Of a stretch of DNA of 18,159 nt, positions 10,176 through 18,159 are shown piece after piece. The notes beneath the pieces are model-generated. The model had not been told where the DNA came from. It was given only the letters and a program-made list of their open reading frames with translations, and did not search any database. Source of the DNA: Opitutales bacterium (GTDB lineage: Bacteria; Verrucomicrobiota; Verrucomicrobiia; Opitutales; JABSRG01); the NCBI GenBank assembly GCA_049599475.1, contig JBMYOQ010000080.1:1-18159 (forward strand), read 5' to 3'. Position numbers and translations under genes: made by a program. Each line of letters opens with the position of its first letter. Within the stretch, counting starts at the first letter, position 1.

Positions 10176-11596
10176 CACACGCACGGAATCCGCTTCCGAA
10201 TGATCCGGAAGCAACGAAACCTGCCTGGCTCTCGCTCGGTTTGTTCTCTGTTGCGCTGTGTGCACTCATTGCCATAAACTTGGGTATCTTTGCTGAGAAA
10301 ATAAGCGCGGTGCACGAGCACGAAAACGCTGTCAAAGAGATTGAATCTCGGCGTGATGAAGGCGTGCTCTTAATCAGTATGGTGAAGCAGCAATCAGTTC
10401 ATTTCGAAGATGCAGCGCGCGCGGGCTTGGATTCGGAATTAGGTCAGAGGGCATGGGTTCGTTTTCAAGGGCTCACTGCCGAGGTGATTGCTGTTTTGGA
10501 GACTATGCAAGGCCGTCCGGACATATCTGAAATGCAGACTTCGATAATCGAGGAGTTGTTGGATGAACACATTCCCTACTATGAAGGTAAAACTCTCACG
10601 AGGCTTCAGAAAATGGGTGCAGCAGGTGTGACAACTCCGAGAAGAAACGCGACGGGAAGACGCACTCTCATACAGAATCTGCGGGAGCTCGAGGAGGAAA
10701 ATTACGCGGTCGTATCGCAGGCCGCCTTTAACGCAAGTCGAGAGCTCAGTGCGAGTTTGACCTCTAGTTACTATCAGATGGCTGGAATCATTTTCCTGGG
10801 ATTGTTTCTGGTAGCTTACTACGTGTATGAGCGCGTCGGAGTCGAACGCTCCCTGAGCCGAGCGGTCAGAAGATCGGAAGCCGGCAACATTGCGAAAGCC
10901 CAGTTTCTTAATTGCATCTCTAGAGACACCCAGGCTCCGCTCGAAGGTATTTTGAAGATGGCTCAGACGATCAAGACGAATGAGCTCAACGAAGAAACGC
11001 AACAGCATGTGGAAACGCTCAGAGGGAGTGGAGAAAACCTACTTGGGATCCTTACCGATATTGTTGAATATACAGAGACGGAATCTGAAGCCTTCGTATT
11101 GACAACGGATGACGTCCATTTTCAGGCCTATTTCGATAGGATCACCGCACCCTATCACGGGGCCGCGCAAGAAAAAGGAATTGCCTTCAAAGTAATGTAT
11201 GCCGGGGCCTTTCCGGAAACGATTCGGATAGCACCGGAAGAGGTTCGGAGCATCGTGAAGTCGCTTGTTGGCAATGCCCTGAAGTTCACCGAAGAAGGAT
11301 ATGTCACGATACTCGCGAAATGGTCTCCCGAGCGTAAACGCGTGCCTGCGACGCTCGATATCGAGGTCCATGATAGTGGGATAGGGGTTCCCCAGAATCA
11401 GCAGGATATGCTCTTTGATGTGTTTACTCAGGCTGATATGTCGGATACCCGCGACTTCGGGGGAACGGGAATTGGCCTCAGCATCTGTGCCGCGCTGACC
11501 CGCAAAATGGGCGGGACTTTGTCCGTCCGCAGTAATATGGGGAAAGGCTCTATTTTTACCGCGAAAATACCCGTTTCAAGTTGGAGCGGTGAATAG
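10172..11596 (+). CDS. Membrane sensor histidine kinase B: intact HATPase domain, H-box His replaced by Arg
   Basis: Two TM helices. H-box equivalent FLNCISRDTQAPLEGIL. Intact N (LVGNALKFT), G1 (VHDSGIG), F (LFDVFTQAD) and G2 (GGTGIGLSIC) boxes. ATGA overlap with the upstream gene. Confidence 0.9.
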   Translation: MTHARNPLPNDPEATKPAWLSLGLFSVALCALIAINLGIFAEKISAVHEHENAVKEIESRRDEGVLLISMVKQQSVHFEDAARAGLDSELGQRAWVRFQGLTAEVIAVLETMQGRPDISEMQTSIIEELLDEHIPYYEGKTLTRLQKMGAAGVTTPRRNATGRRTLIQNLRELEEENYAVVSQAAFNASRELSASLTSSYYQMAGIIFLGLFLVAYYVYERVGVERSLSRAVRRSEAGNIAKAQFLNCISRDTQAPLEGILKMAQTIKTNELNEETQQHVETLRGSGENLLGILTDIVEYTETESEAFVLTTDDVHFQAYFDRITAPYHGAAQEKGIAFKVMYAGAFPETIRIAPEEVRSIVKSLVGNALKFTEEGYVTILAKWSPERKRVPATLDIEVHDSGIGVPQNQQDMLFDVFTQADMSDTRDFGGTGIGLSICAALTRKMGGTLSVRSNMGKGSIFTAKIPVSSWSGE

Positions 11597-11814
11597 GCAA
11601 TCGGGAAGGTGCTCGACAAGCGATCAGTGGCGGCTTGACTGCCGGCCCTTTGATGTCTTTTGGGGATCAAATTGAAACCGCAGAAATGATTAGTACTGTG
11701 ATCAAGCCATCCGGAAGAGGGAACGATTTGCCTGAGAGTTCGGATGGCCGTATCCGGGTGAAGCATACAATCCATCACGCGGGCTATTAATGATACTGAC
11801 TGTTCTTCGATAAG

Positions 11815-12936
11815 CTAGCGCTCGACGATGAGCGTAAATTCCACCGGTGTTCCAATACGTACTTTGGTGCGATTCTCCATGCGGTATTTTGGAGTAGCTC
11901 GTATTTTATAGATGCCTCGCTGTGGAGTCCATGCGCGCGGCCAAACTTCGCGGTTTTTTCGGTCGCTATCCCGGAAAACATGATGGCCGGTGGCGCCGCC
12001 TTCGCTGCGAGTGCGCGTCTGCCCGACGTTGCCGCTTGATGAGGTGTGGGTGACTTCGATCTCCATATAGGTGTCATCCCGCATGCCAGAGGACTCCACG
12101 CGAATATTGAGATTCCGAGTCTCCAATGCAGACAAAGAAAGAGTAGCGCTGCCTGCAATATTTTCGAGTCCGTTTAAGGGCGTGTTTTGGTCTGCATTGA
12201 GGACTGTGTATCCGGAAATAGTCGGCGACTCTCCGCGTTCGACGCCGTCCTGGGTCGAGTAAGACACAAAGGATCCAGAGCCAACATCGAAGGTGTCTCC
12301 AGTCTGGCGTACCGTGAATTGGACGAGGCCTGAATCGACATGGAGATGCGTCTTTGAGGGGGCGGTGCTTACACTAAATTGAGTGCCGATTACGGTGATC
12401 TCAGCGTGGTCACTTTCGATCACAAGGGGGCGGTTTTCGGGTTGTTTAGAAACCTGTGCGTCGATGCTGCCGTCGTTGAGTCTGAGCCGCTTTTGTCCGG
12501 GTAGATCGGTAGAGGCCACGAGCTGGAGGCTACTTTTTTCCTGAATCGATATTTGGCTGCCATCTGCGTATGCGATTTGGATTGGATTTTTATCCGTTTG
12601 CAGCGAAGAACCGGGAGCGAGCTCTGAGCCGTCCGCCTGGATCGCTGTGCCTGCGAGGGGCGCTTCGCTTTCTGGGACTGATCCTTCAAAGCCGCGGAAG
12701 ACTGCGACTATCAATACACTGGCGATGGCGGCAATCGCCACTGATGCTGCGATCGCAAGCGGCCGACTGAAGAATGGGAATGGGATGCGATTGTCCTTTG
12801 GCTTCCCAGAGGAAGGCGTTGAGGCCTCGACATGATCGATGATAGCGCGCTCTACATTGGGCGGTCTATCTTCCCCGACAGCCTCGTCCAGGAGCATGTC
12901 CATGTATCTGTCTTTATGTTGGGAGTCGCTGCTCAT
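11815..12936 (-). CDS. FecR-domain anti-sigma factor with an extra C-terminal beta-rich domain
   Basis: Short N-terminus, one TM helix (LAIAASVAIAAIASVLIVAVF), FecR motifs YADGSQISI, LRLNDGSIDAQV, ITVIGTQFSV and LHVDSGLV. Located directly downstream of the ECF sigma. Confidence 0.88.
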   Translation of the reverse strand: MSSDSQHKDRYMDMLLDEAVGEDRPPNVERAIIDHVEASTPSSGKPKDNRIPFPFFSRPLAIAASVAIAAIASVLIVAVFRGFEGSVPESEAPLAGTAIQADGSELAPGSSLQTDKNPIQIAYADGSQISIQEKSSLQLVASTDLPGQKRLRLNDGSIDAQVSKQPENRPLVIESDHAEITVIGTQFSVSTAPSKTHLHVDSGLVQFTVRQTGDTFDVGSGSFVSYSTQDGVERGESPTISGYTVLNADQNTPLNGLENIAGSATLSLSALETRNLNIRVESSGMRDDTYMEIEVTHTSSSGNVGQTRTRSEGGATGHHVFRDSDRKNREVWPRAWTPQRGIYKIRATPKYRMENRTKVRIGTPVEFTLIVER

Positions 12937-12997
12937 TTTTGGGAATTAAAAAATGCTTCGTCGGTAAGCTGTTTTGTAGGGGCGCTACCCATATATG

Positions 12998-13537
12998 TCA
13001 TTTTTCCGAATTAGGGTTCGTATTAATTAAATTATTTTGAATGCAGTCATAGAGTTTTGCGCGTATGCGCCTCAGCGCCGTCTTTACGCCGTCCTCTCGC
13101 ATCTTCAATGTGAGAGCGATGGCTTGTCGGGATACCTTGCTCTTGTAGAATAGCTCGACGATACGAGTCTGTTTTTCGGGCAAGCGCTCTAGGCATTGTT
13201 TTAGAGCGATGATCTTCTGGGTCTCATCCTGTGTGTCGCCAGAACGTTCTACCCAGTAATCTTCGGCACTCTGAAGGAAATCGCTATCGTAGACCAGTTG
13301 GCTGCGCTTCTGTTTACGGCAGTGCTGATAAAAGACGTTTCGGGCAATGGATCTGAGCCAGGCGATGCGTTGAGAGGTGTCGGCTAGGTCAGGTTGTTTT
13401 TTCGCGTTGTAGGCCCCTATAAATGCGCTTTGCACCACCTCGCGCGCTGTAGATGCATCCGCTCCCATATATTTTACGTATCTGTAGAGCTCGTCTTGAT
13501 GAGCGATCACAAGCTCGCGAATTTGCTGCGAATTCAT
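12998..13537 (-). CDS. ECF-type sigma-70 factor
   Basis: 179 aa. Region 2 AREVVQSAF...WLRSIARN; region 4 LKQCLERLPEKQTRIVELFY...VKTALRRIRAKLYDCI. Confidence 0.93.
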   Translation of the reverse strand: MNSQQIRELVIAHQDELYRYVKYMGADASTAREVVQSAFIGAYNAKKQPDLADTSQRIAWLRSIARNVFYQHCRKQKRSQLVYDSDFLQSAEDYWVERSGDTQDETQKIIALKQCLERLPEKQTRIVELFYKSKVSRQAIALTLKMREDGVKTALRRIRAKLYDCIQNNLINTNPNSEK

Positions 13538-13822
13538 CTGTGAAGATACGGGAGAAGCATTCTATTTATGGGAATCAGTCGTGGCTGAGAGTGGCGTTGG
13601 TGTGGTTTGGCTTTGAAAGATTTCGGAAGATTTATGACCAGCTCAAGCTTGAAGTCTTCTGATGGGGATCTGTGAAGGCGCGAAGTGCATTTTGCTCAAG
13701 TTAAATTTTTTGGGAAAAAGTGAACCCTTTTACGGGTTTTCGACATTAGAGGGCGAACCCAACCCATATTTACACCCCTCAATGCTTGGAATGGCAGAAA
13801 GCGCCAGTCCGATTTCCCTCCT

Positions 13823-16663
13823 ATGCACACTTTCTATCCCTACTCATTTTCTAGGTATTTGGCAAAATTGTCGTCTCTGCTCTTGGTCTTGGCATCGTGT
13901 ATGTGGGCGCCCTGTGTGAACGCCCTGGTGGTCTACAAGGAGACGGGTGGCGTCCTTATGATGGACAATGAATTCGCGCCTGCCGGAGACCGGTGGGCAG
14001 TGGGGCCAGAGGATCCCGATGCGACTCCGGTGCGTCCAACATCGGATGATATTGTACCCAATAATTTTGGAGATTACTTTGGGGAAAATTACTACATGGC
14101 CACTCAGAATGATTTCCAGAATCCGGGCCGTGGACAGATTCTGGATTACCCGTTTATTTTGACGACCGCGAGTCGGTATCAATTCCAGATGCGGTCGATG
14201 ATCGGAATTGAAGACACTAGGAGTCCTCGATCGGAACACAACGACCTCTGGATGCGCCTACTGGACCAAGACGGAAATAGCATCGAGCGCCTCGATCTCG
14301 TCGATAATCATAACTCGGCGATTGATTATGACGACAATGGCGAGCCCTGGTACAAAGTGTATATGAATAAAAACAACAGGTGGGTGTGGGATACCCGCAA
14401 TGTTGATGGAAATGGACAACCGCTCTATTGGGACTTGGAAGCTGGGCAGGTGTATACCATTCAAATCAGTGCGCGTTCTCGTGGCCACTGTTTCGACCGC
14501 CTCATGATGTGGGATCGCTATGGAGACGTTATTTACGGGAAATCGGGTAATGGAAATGGCGAGACCTATCCTGCAGGACATCCCAACGAGGGAGAGGCCT
14601 TGGCTGATTACGTTCCCGTATCAGAAATCGTCGACCTCTCTGCATCCAGTACCGTGACCGGTGAATTGAAGCGATGGCACAAGGTCACGATTAATTTCGA
14701 AGGACCGGATACGAGTGAAAGTGCCACGCCCAATCCGTTCTTGGATTACCGCCTGGATGTTACCTTTAGGCATGCTGATACTGGGAAAATCTACACCGTA
14801 CCCGGGTACTATGCTGCCGACGGGGATGCGGCCAATACCGGAGCAACGGGTGGAAATATATGGCGGGCGCATTTCGCTCCCGATGAAATTGGCGACTGGT
14901 CCTACGCGGCTCGCTTTTTGGAAGGGACCAATGTCGCGGGCCTCGCCGATCCGACGACTATCGGAGCCGCGAGCAGCTATATCGATGGCATTTATGGCAA
15001 ATTTACGGTCGACGAAACAGACAAGAGCGGCCGCGATTTTCGTGGAAAAGGACGCCTTCAGTATGTTGGCGGGCACTACCTTCAACATGCAGGCAGTGGA
15101 GAATATTTCCTAAAGCAAGGGGCGGACTCTCCGGAAAATTTCCTCGCCTATTCGGGCTTCGATGGAAATTGGAAAACGGATGGGTATCGCGACGATATTA
15201 TCAAAGACTGGGCGCCTCACGTGCAGGATTGGGTGACTGGAGATCCTAGCTGGGGAGGGGGCGTTCATGGCAAAGGCATCATTGGCGCGATCAATTACCT
15301 CGCAAGTGAGGGATTAAACGGGATGTCTTTCCTTACATTTAACGTGGGTGGAGATGATCAGAATGTCTTTCCTCACATTGATTACGGAGTCTATGACCGC
15401 ATGGATGTCTCAAAGCTCGACCAGTGGGGCATCGTTCTCGATCACGCAACCCATCAGGGCATGTTTATGGATTTCAAAACTCAGGAAAAGGAGAACGAAA
15501 TCTTTCTAGATAATGGAGATGTGGGTACTCATCGTACCCTTTACTATCGCGAGCTGGTTGCGCGTTTTGGCCACAATCTTGGGCTCATGTGGAATTTGGG
15601 CGAAGAGAACGGCATTTGGAACAATACAAAGAACAAGCCCGAAGAGGAGTCGCAAACGACGGAGCAGCGGCATGCAATGGCCGATTGGTTCAACGCGAAT
15701 GATCCATACGGTCATCATATAGTTCTTCATAACGGACAGCCGGGTTGGGATATGCTCGGGCCAGACTCCAGCCTGACCGGGTTCTCGCTTCAGACCACGC
15801 GCGATGACTTTAGCCGAGTGCCCACAATGATCGCAAATTACATTAGCAGATCTGTCCAGGATGGTAAGCCGTGGGTGGTGACTTGTGATGAGCCGGGGCA
15901 AGCACGAACTGGAGTCCGGCCAGACAGCGATCCAGGTAATTCGCATGAAGACGGTCGTCGCAATGCAATGTGGGGGTGCATTATGAACCAGGGCGCAGGC
16001 AGTGATTATTATTTTGGATACGATTATGATCACTCCGACTTGTTCCTTACGGATTACCGAAGTCGTGACAATTGGTGGGACTACGCTCGCTACACTTTAG
16101 AATTTTTCGATAAAAAGGACCGAAATGGAGCCCAAATTGCACCGTTTTGGGAACTCACTGCGGATCATACCCTGATCAGTGATGATACCGTCGCTTGGTG
16201 CATGGCAAATTTGGGAAAAACCTACCTGGTATTTATTAAAGACCACACCAACACGATCACTCTCGATCTCTCTGCTGGCCAAGGAAGGTATGACGTATTC
16301 TGGTACAATCCACGCACGGGCGGTGATTTGCAGACGGGCTCCGTTGCCAGTGTCACGGGTGGAAACACGGTTGATTTAGGCGCCTCGCCAGATGGGCAAT
16401 CTGCAGACGACTGGGTGGTGGTTGTCCGAGAGGAAGACCTCACGGGGACTGCCACTGGCCTATCATTGATCGATACCACGGATGGGTCGGTCATCGAGGG
16501 ATACGCTGACCTTCAGGAAGGCCAAGTCATCAACTTGTGGGAATTGCCTAGCTCAGTTGGTTTTTCTGCACACATCGAGATTCTGGCGAATTTCGAAGGG
16601 CAGGGGTTTCGTTTTTTTTCAATGAAGACACTGCGGGCGGTGGCTCCGAGCCCACATTGGTAA
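13823..16663 (+). CDS. Secreted DUF5060-domain putative glycoside hydrolase, N-terminal part (frameshifted relative to its C-terminal part)
   Basis: Sec signal (...APCVNA|LVV), N-terminal CBM-like beta domain, DUF5060-like segment (GELKRWHKVTINFEGP, NPFLDYRLDVTF, WRAHFAPDEIGDW), TIM-barrel-like core (YYRELVARFGHNL..WNLGEEN, DEPG) and a collagen-binding-like domain (WYNPRTGG...DWVVVV). The last ~14 aa look like out-of-frame run-off. Confidence 0.8.
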   Translation: MHTFYPYSFSRYLAKLSSLLLVLASCMWAPCVNALVVYKETGGVLMMDNEFAPAGDRWAVGPEDPDATPVRPTSDDIVPNNFGDYFGENYYMATQNDFQNPGRGQILDYPFILTTASRYQFQMRSMIGIEDTRSPRSEHNDLWMRLLDQDGNSIERLDLVDNHNSAIDYDDNGEPWYKVYMNKNNRWVWDTRNVDGNGQPLYWDLEAGQVYTIQISARSRGHCFDRLMMWDRYGDVIYGKSGNGNGETYPAGHPNEGEALADYVPVSEIVDLSASSTVTGELKRWHKVTINFEGPDTSESATPNPFLDYRLDVTFRHADTGKIYTVPGYYAADGDAANTGATGGNIWRAHFAPDEIGDWSYAARFLEGTNVAGLADPTTIGAASSYIDGIYGKFTVDETDKSGRDFRGKGRLQYVGGHYLQHAGSGEYFLKQGADSPENFLAYSGFDGNWKTDGYRDDIIKDWAPHVQDWVTGDPSWGGGVHGKGIIGAINYLASEGLNGMSFLTFNVGGDDQNVFPHIDYGVYDRMDVSKLDQWGIVLDHATHQGMFMDFKTQEKENEIFLDNGDVGTHRTLYYRELVARFGHNLGLMWNLGEENGIWNNTKNKPEEESQTTEQRHAMADWFNANDPYGHHIVLHNGQPGWDMLGPDSSLTGFSLQTTRDDFSRVPTMIANYISRSVQDGKPWVVTCDEPGQARTGVRPDSDPGNSHEDGRRNAMWGCIMNQGAGSDYYFGYDYDHSDLFLTDYRSRDNWWDYARYTLEFFDKKDRNGAQIAPFWELTADHTLISDDTVAWCMANLGKTYLVFIKDHTNTITLDLSAGQGRYDVFWYNPRTGGDLQTGSVASVTGGNTVDLGASPDGQSADDWVVVVREEDLTGTATGLSLIDTTDGSVIEGYADLQEGQVINLWELPSSVGFSAHIEILANFEGQGFRFFSMKTLRAVAPSPHW

Positions 16664-17994
16664 ACTATGATCAGGACGCAAATGGCGGATACACCAGCAG
16701 TGCCGTGATCTTGTCTGAGGGAAACGGCGTGCAATTCCGTATTGTGCCAACCGATGAAAACGGTAGCGATGTGGCGGATGCCGCTATCACGATCAATGCA
16801 TCGGTTTCTGTCGTGCCTGAGCCACCTATCGAGAGTATCCGCTTAGTGGATACGGGGAATGATGGGGCCGTGATTTCCGGATATGAAGTCTTAAGCCAAG
16901 ACCATATCATTTTCTTGGATGAATTGCCTCTTAACACCGCGATAGAGGTGATGACCCGTGAACCGGAGAGCTTTGCCCGCACGCGGATTATCTATGGCAC
17001 CGATGCGAATGATGGCGGCACGAATACGGCCTTGGGTAATGACTGGGATGGCTCGGATGGATTTCTTTTCCCGGTGAGCTTTGTCGAGGGTGGCCCTTCG
17101 CTTTTACGGGTGCGCTCTTATGATCTCTTAAATAATCTCATCGAGCAGCTTGAATATGAGGTGTATGTCGTAAGCAGCGTCGGGAGTATCTCAATCTTTG
17201 ACGAAAGCTCGATTGTCAGTGGCCAAAACTGGCAAACTACGGCATTTGCAGGAGCGGATGGCGACACCGTGATTGCACCGGATAATACGGGGTTTTCCAT
17301 GAATTGGTCGGTCTCGGCCAGTGAAGGTGCAGGATATTATGAATTCGAGTTTGTGATCGTTAAAAATGACGGCGGCCCGGCGCGCGCATCGCTTGACTTT
17401 TACGTCAATCCGACTGGTGGTTCCGCGCCCGATGGAGTGCTTGCCACAACTCTGGATGAATTGACTACCCGATCGATGATTGTCTGGCTAGATGCTGGCC
17501 AAAACAGTATCGAGCTGCGCAATACAGACGGAGCGCAGGCACCCTTAATCGATACCATGAGTATTCGAAAAACGAAGAGTGCGCACTATTTTGACCAATG
17601 GCGTGGGGAATACCCGCAGGTGTCCAGCAGGGTTGTCACGGGAGCTATCTCAGAAGACGGAGGCCTTGTATCCGATGGTTTGGAATTTGCGTTTGGTGGA
17701 GCACTTGACAACGCGACCGATGACATGTCTCTCATGCCCATTCATGCGCATACCCTGGGAAGCGATGAGCCATACGTGGATGTCACCTATCTGCGCCAAA
17801 TTCATGCCTCACAACGCGGCATCGCCTACCATGTTGAATACACTCAGCATTTGGGCGGTGCATGGTCGATGGCGGGAGTTACTGAAGTAGGGCCCCGAGA
17901 GCCTGTCAGTGATGAGATCGAGCGCGTGACGGTAAGAGTCCCCGTGGATAGCCAAGCTCAATTGTTTACCCGCGTTCGTGTAGTCTTTGAGTAG
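16618..17994 (+). CDS. C-terminal continuation of the large secreted protein in the -1 frame
   Basis: Frame is open from 16552 and reads FNEDTAGGGSEPTLVNYDQ directly after the T8 run. It has no signal peptide of its own, repeats a module that begins before the shift, and ends in an FTRVRV-type terminal domain. Confidence 0.75.
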   Translation, partial: FNEDTAGGGSEPTLVNYDQDANGGYTSSAVILSEGNGVQFRIVPTDENGSDVADAAITINASVSVVPEPPIESIRLVDTGNDGAVISGYEVLSQDHIIFLDELPLNTAIEVMTREPESFARTRIIYGTDANDGGTNTALGNDWDGSDGFLFPVSFVEGGPSLLRVRSYDLLNNLIEQLEYEVYVVSSVGSISIFDESSIVSGQNWQTTAFAGADGDTVIAPDNTGFSMNWSVSASEGAGYYEFEFVIVKNDGGPARASLDFYVNPTGGSAPDGVLATTLDELTTRSMIVWLDAGQNSIELRNTDGAQAPLIDTMSIRKTKSAHYFDQWRGEYPQVSSRVVTGAISEDGGLVSDGLEFAFGGALDNATDDMSLMPIHAHTLGSDEPYVDVTYLRQIHASQRGIAYHVEYTQHLGGAWSMAGVTEVGPREPVSDEIERVTVRVPVDSQAQLFTRVRVVFE

Positions 17995-18094
17995 GGGAGC
18001 GGCGCCGCCTGTGTGCTGATTATGGGTTCACAGCGGAATGGCACTTCCTTTAGAGTATTTTCGGTAACCATTTACCTTCACCTTGCATCAAAGG

Positions 18095-18118
18095 GTAGAG
18101 CCCGTTGGCCCAACGGGC
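18095..18118 (+). repeat. GTAG-type REP-like palindrome
   Basis: GTAG-A-GCCCGTTG-GCC-CAACGGGC: GTAG foot plus a perfect 8-bp stem, intergenic. Confidence 0.55.
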
Positions 18119-18159
18119 ATGAGCGCGTTAGCTACATGCGGCTAAGGCCGAGTAGCGTC

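Noticed and set aside
10439..11371. Antisense ORFs within kinase B as a hidden response regulator
   Set aside because: No receiver-domain signature; explained as shadows of the coding strand.
8739..11596. Kinases as ordinary decaying pseudogenes
   Set aside because: Both are full length with no stops or frameshifts, and the losses are multi-base and complementary. Not excluded, but less parsimonious.
11706..11748. Inverted repeat GCCATCCG...CGGATGGC between convergent genes as a terminator or ncRNA
   Set aside because: Loop exceeds 20 nt and there is no U-tract; not enough support to call.
13844..16033. Several 100-175 aa antisense ORFs in the large secreted gene
   Set aside because: Typical reverse-frame shadows with no domain features.
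16657..17994. Independent gene starting at TTG 16657
   Set aside because: No signal peptide or clear RBS, and it starts in the middle of a module begun in the upstream ORF. Better read as a frameshifted continuation.

Overview
Bacterial accessory region, most consistent with a Verrucomicrobiota/Opitutales-like genome (inferred from protein styles only). In order, the window holds: an IS21-type terminal end at the edge; a DoxX + luciferase-like monooxygenase operon divergent from a BenM/CatM-type LysR regulator with a perfect ATAC-N7-GTAT site; a Tat-exported GH2 beta-galactosidase broken by one in-frame TAG; a SerB-like HAD phosphatase; a small XRE regulator + membrane protein pair; two tandem paralogous membrane histidine kinases; an ECF sigma/FecR anti-sigma pair; and a large secreted DUF5060-type putative glycoside hydrolase broken by a frameshift, most likely at a T8 run. 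The most striking observation is that the two kinases have reciprocal lesions. The first keeps the phospho-acceptor His but has a degenerate ATP-binding domain. The second has an intact ATP-binding domain but has lost the His. This suggests an obligately complementing, split sensor kinase, and no response regulator lies in the window.
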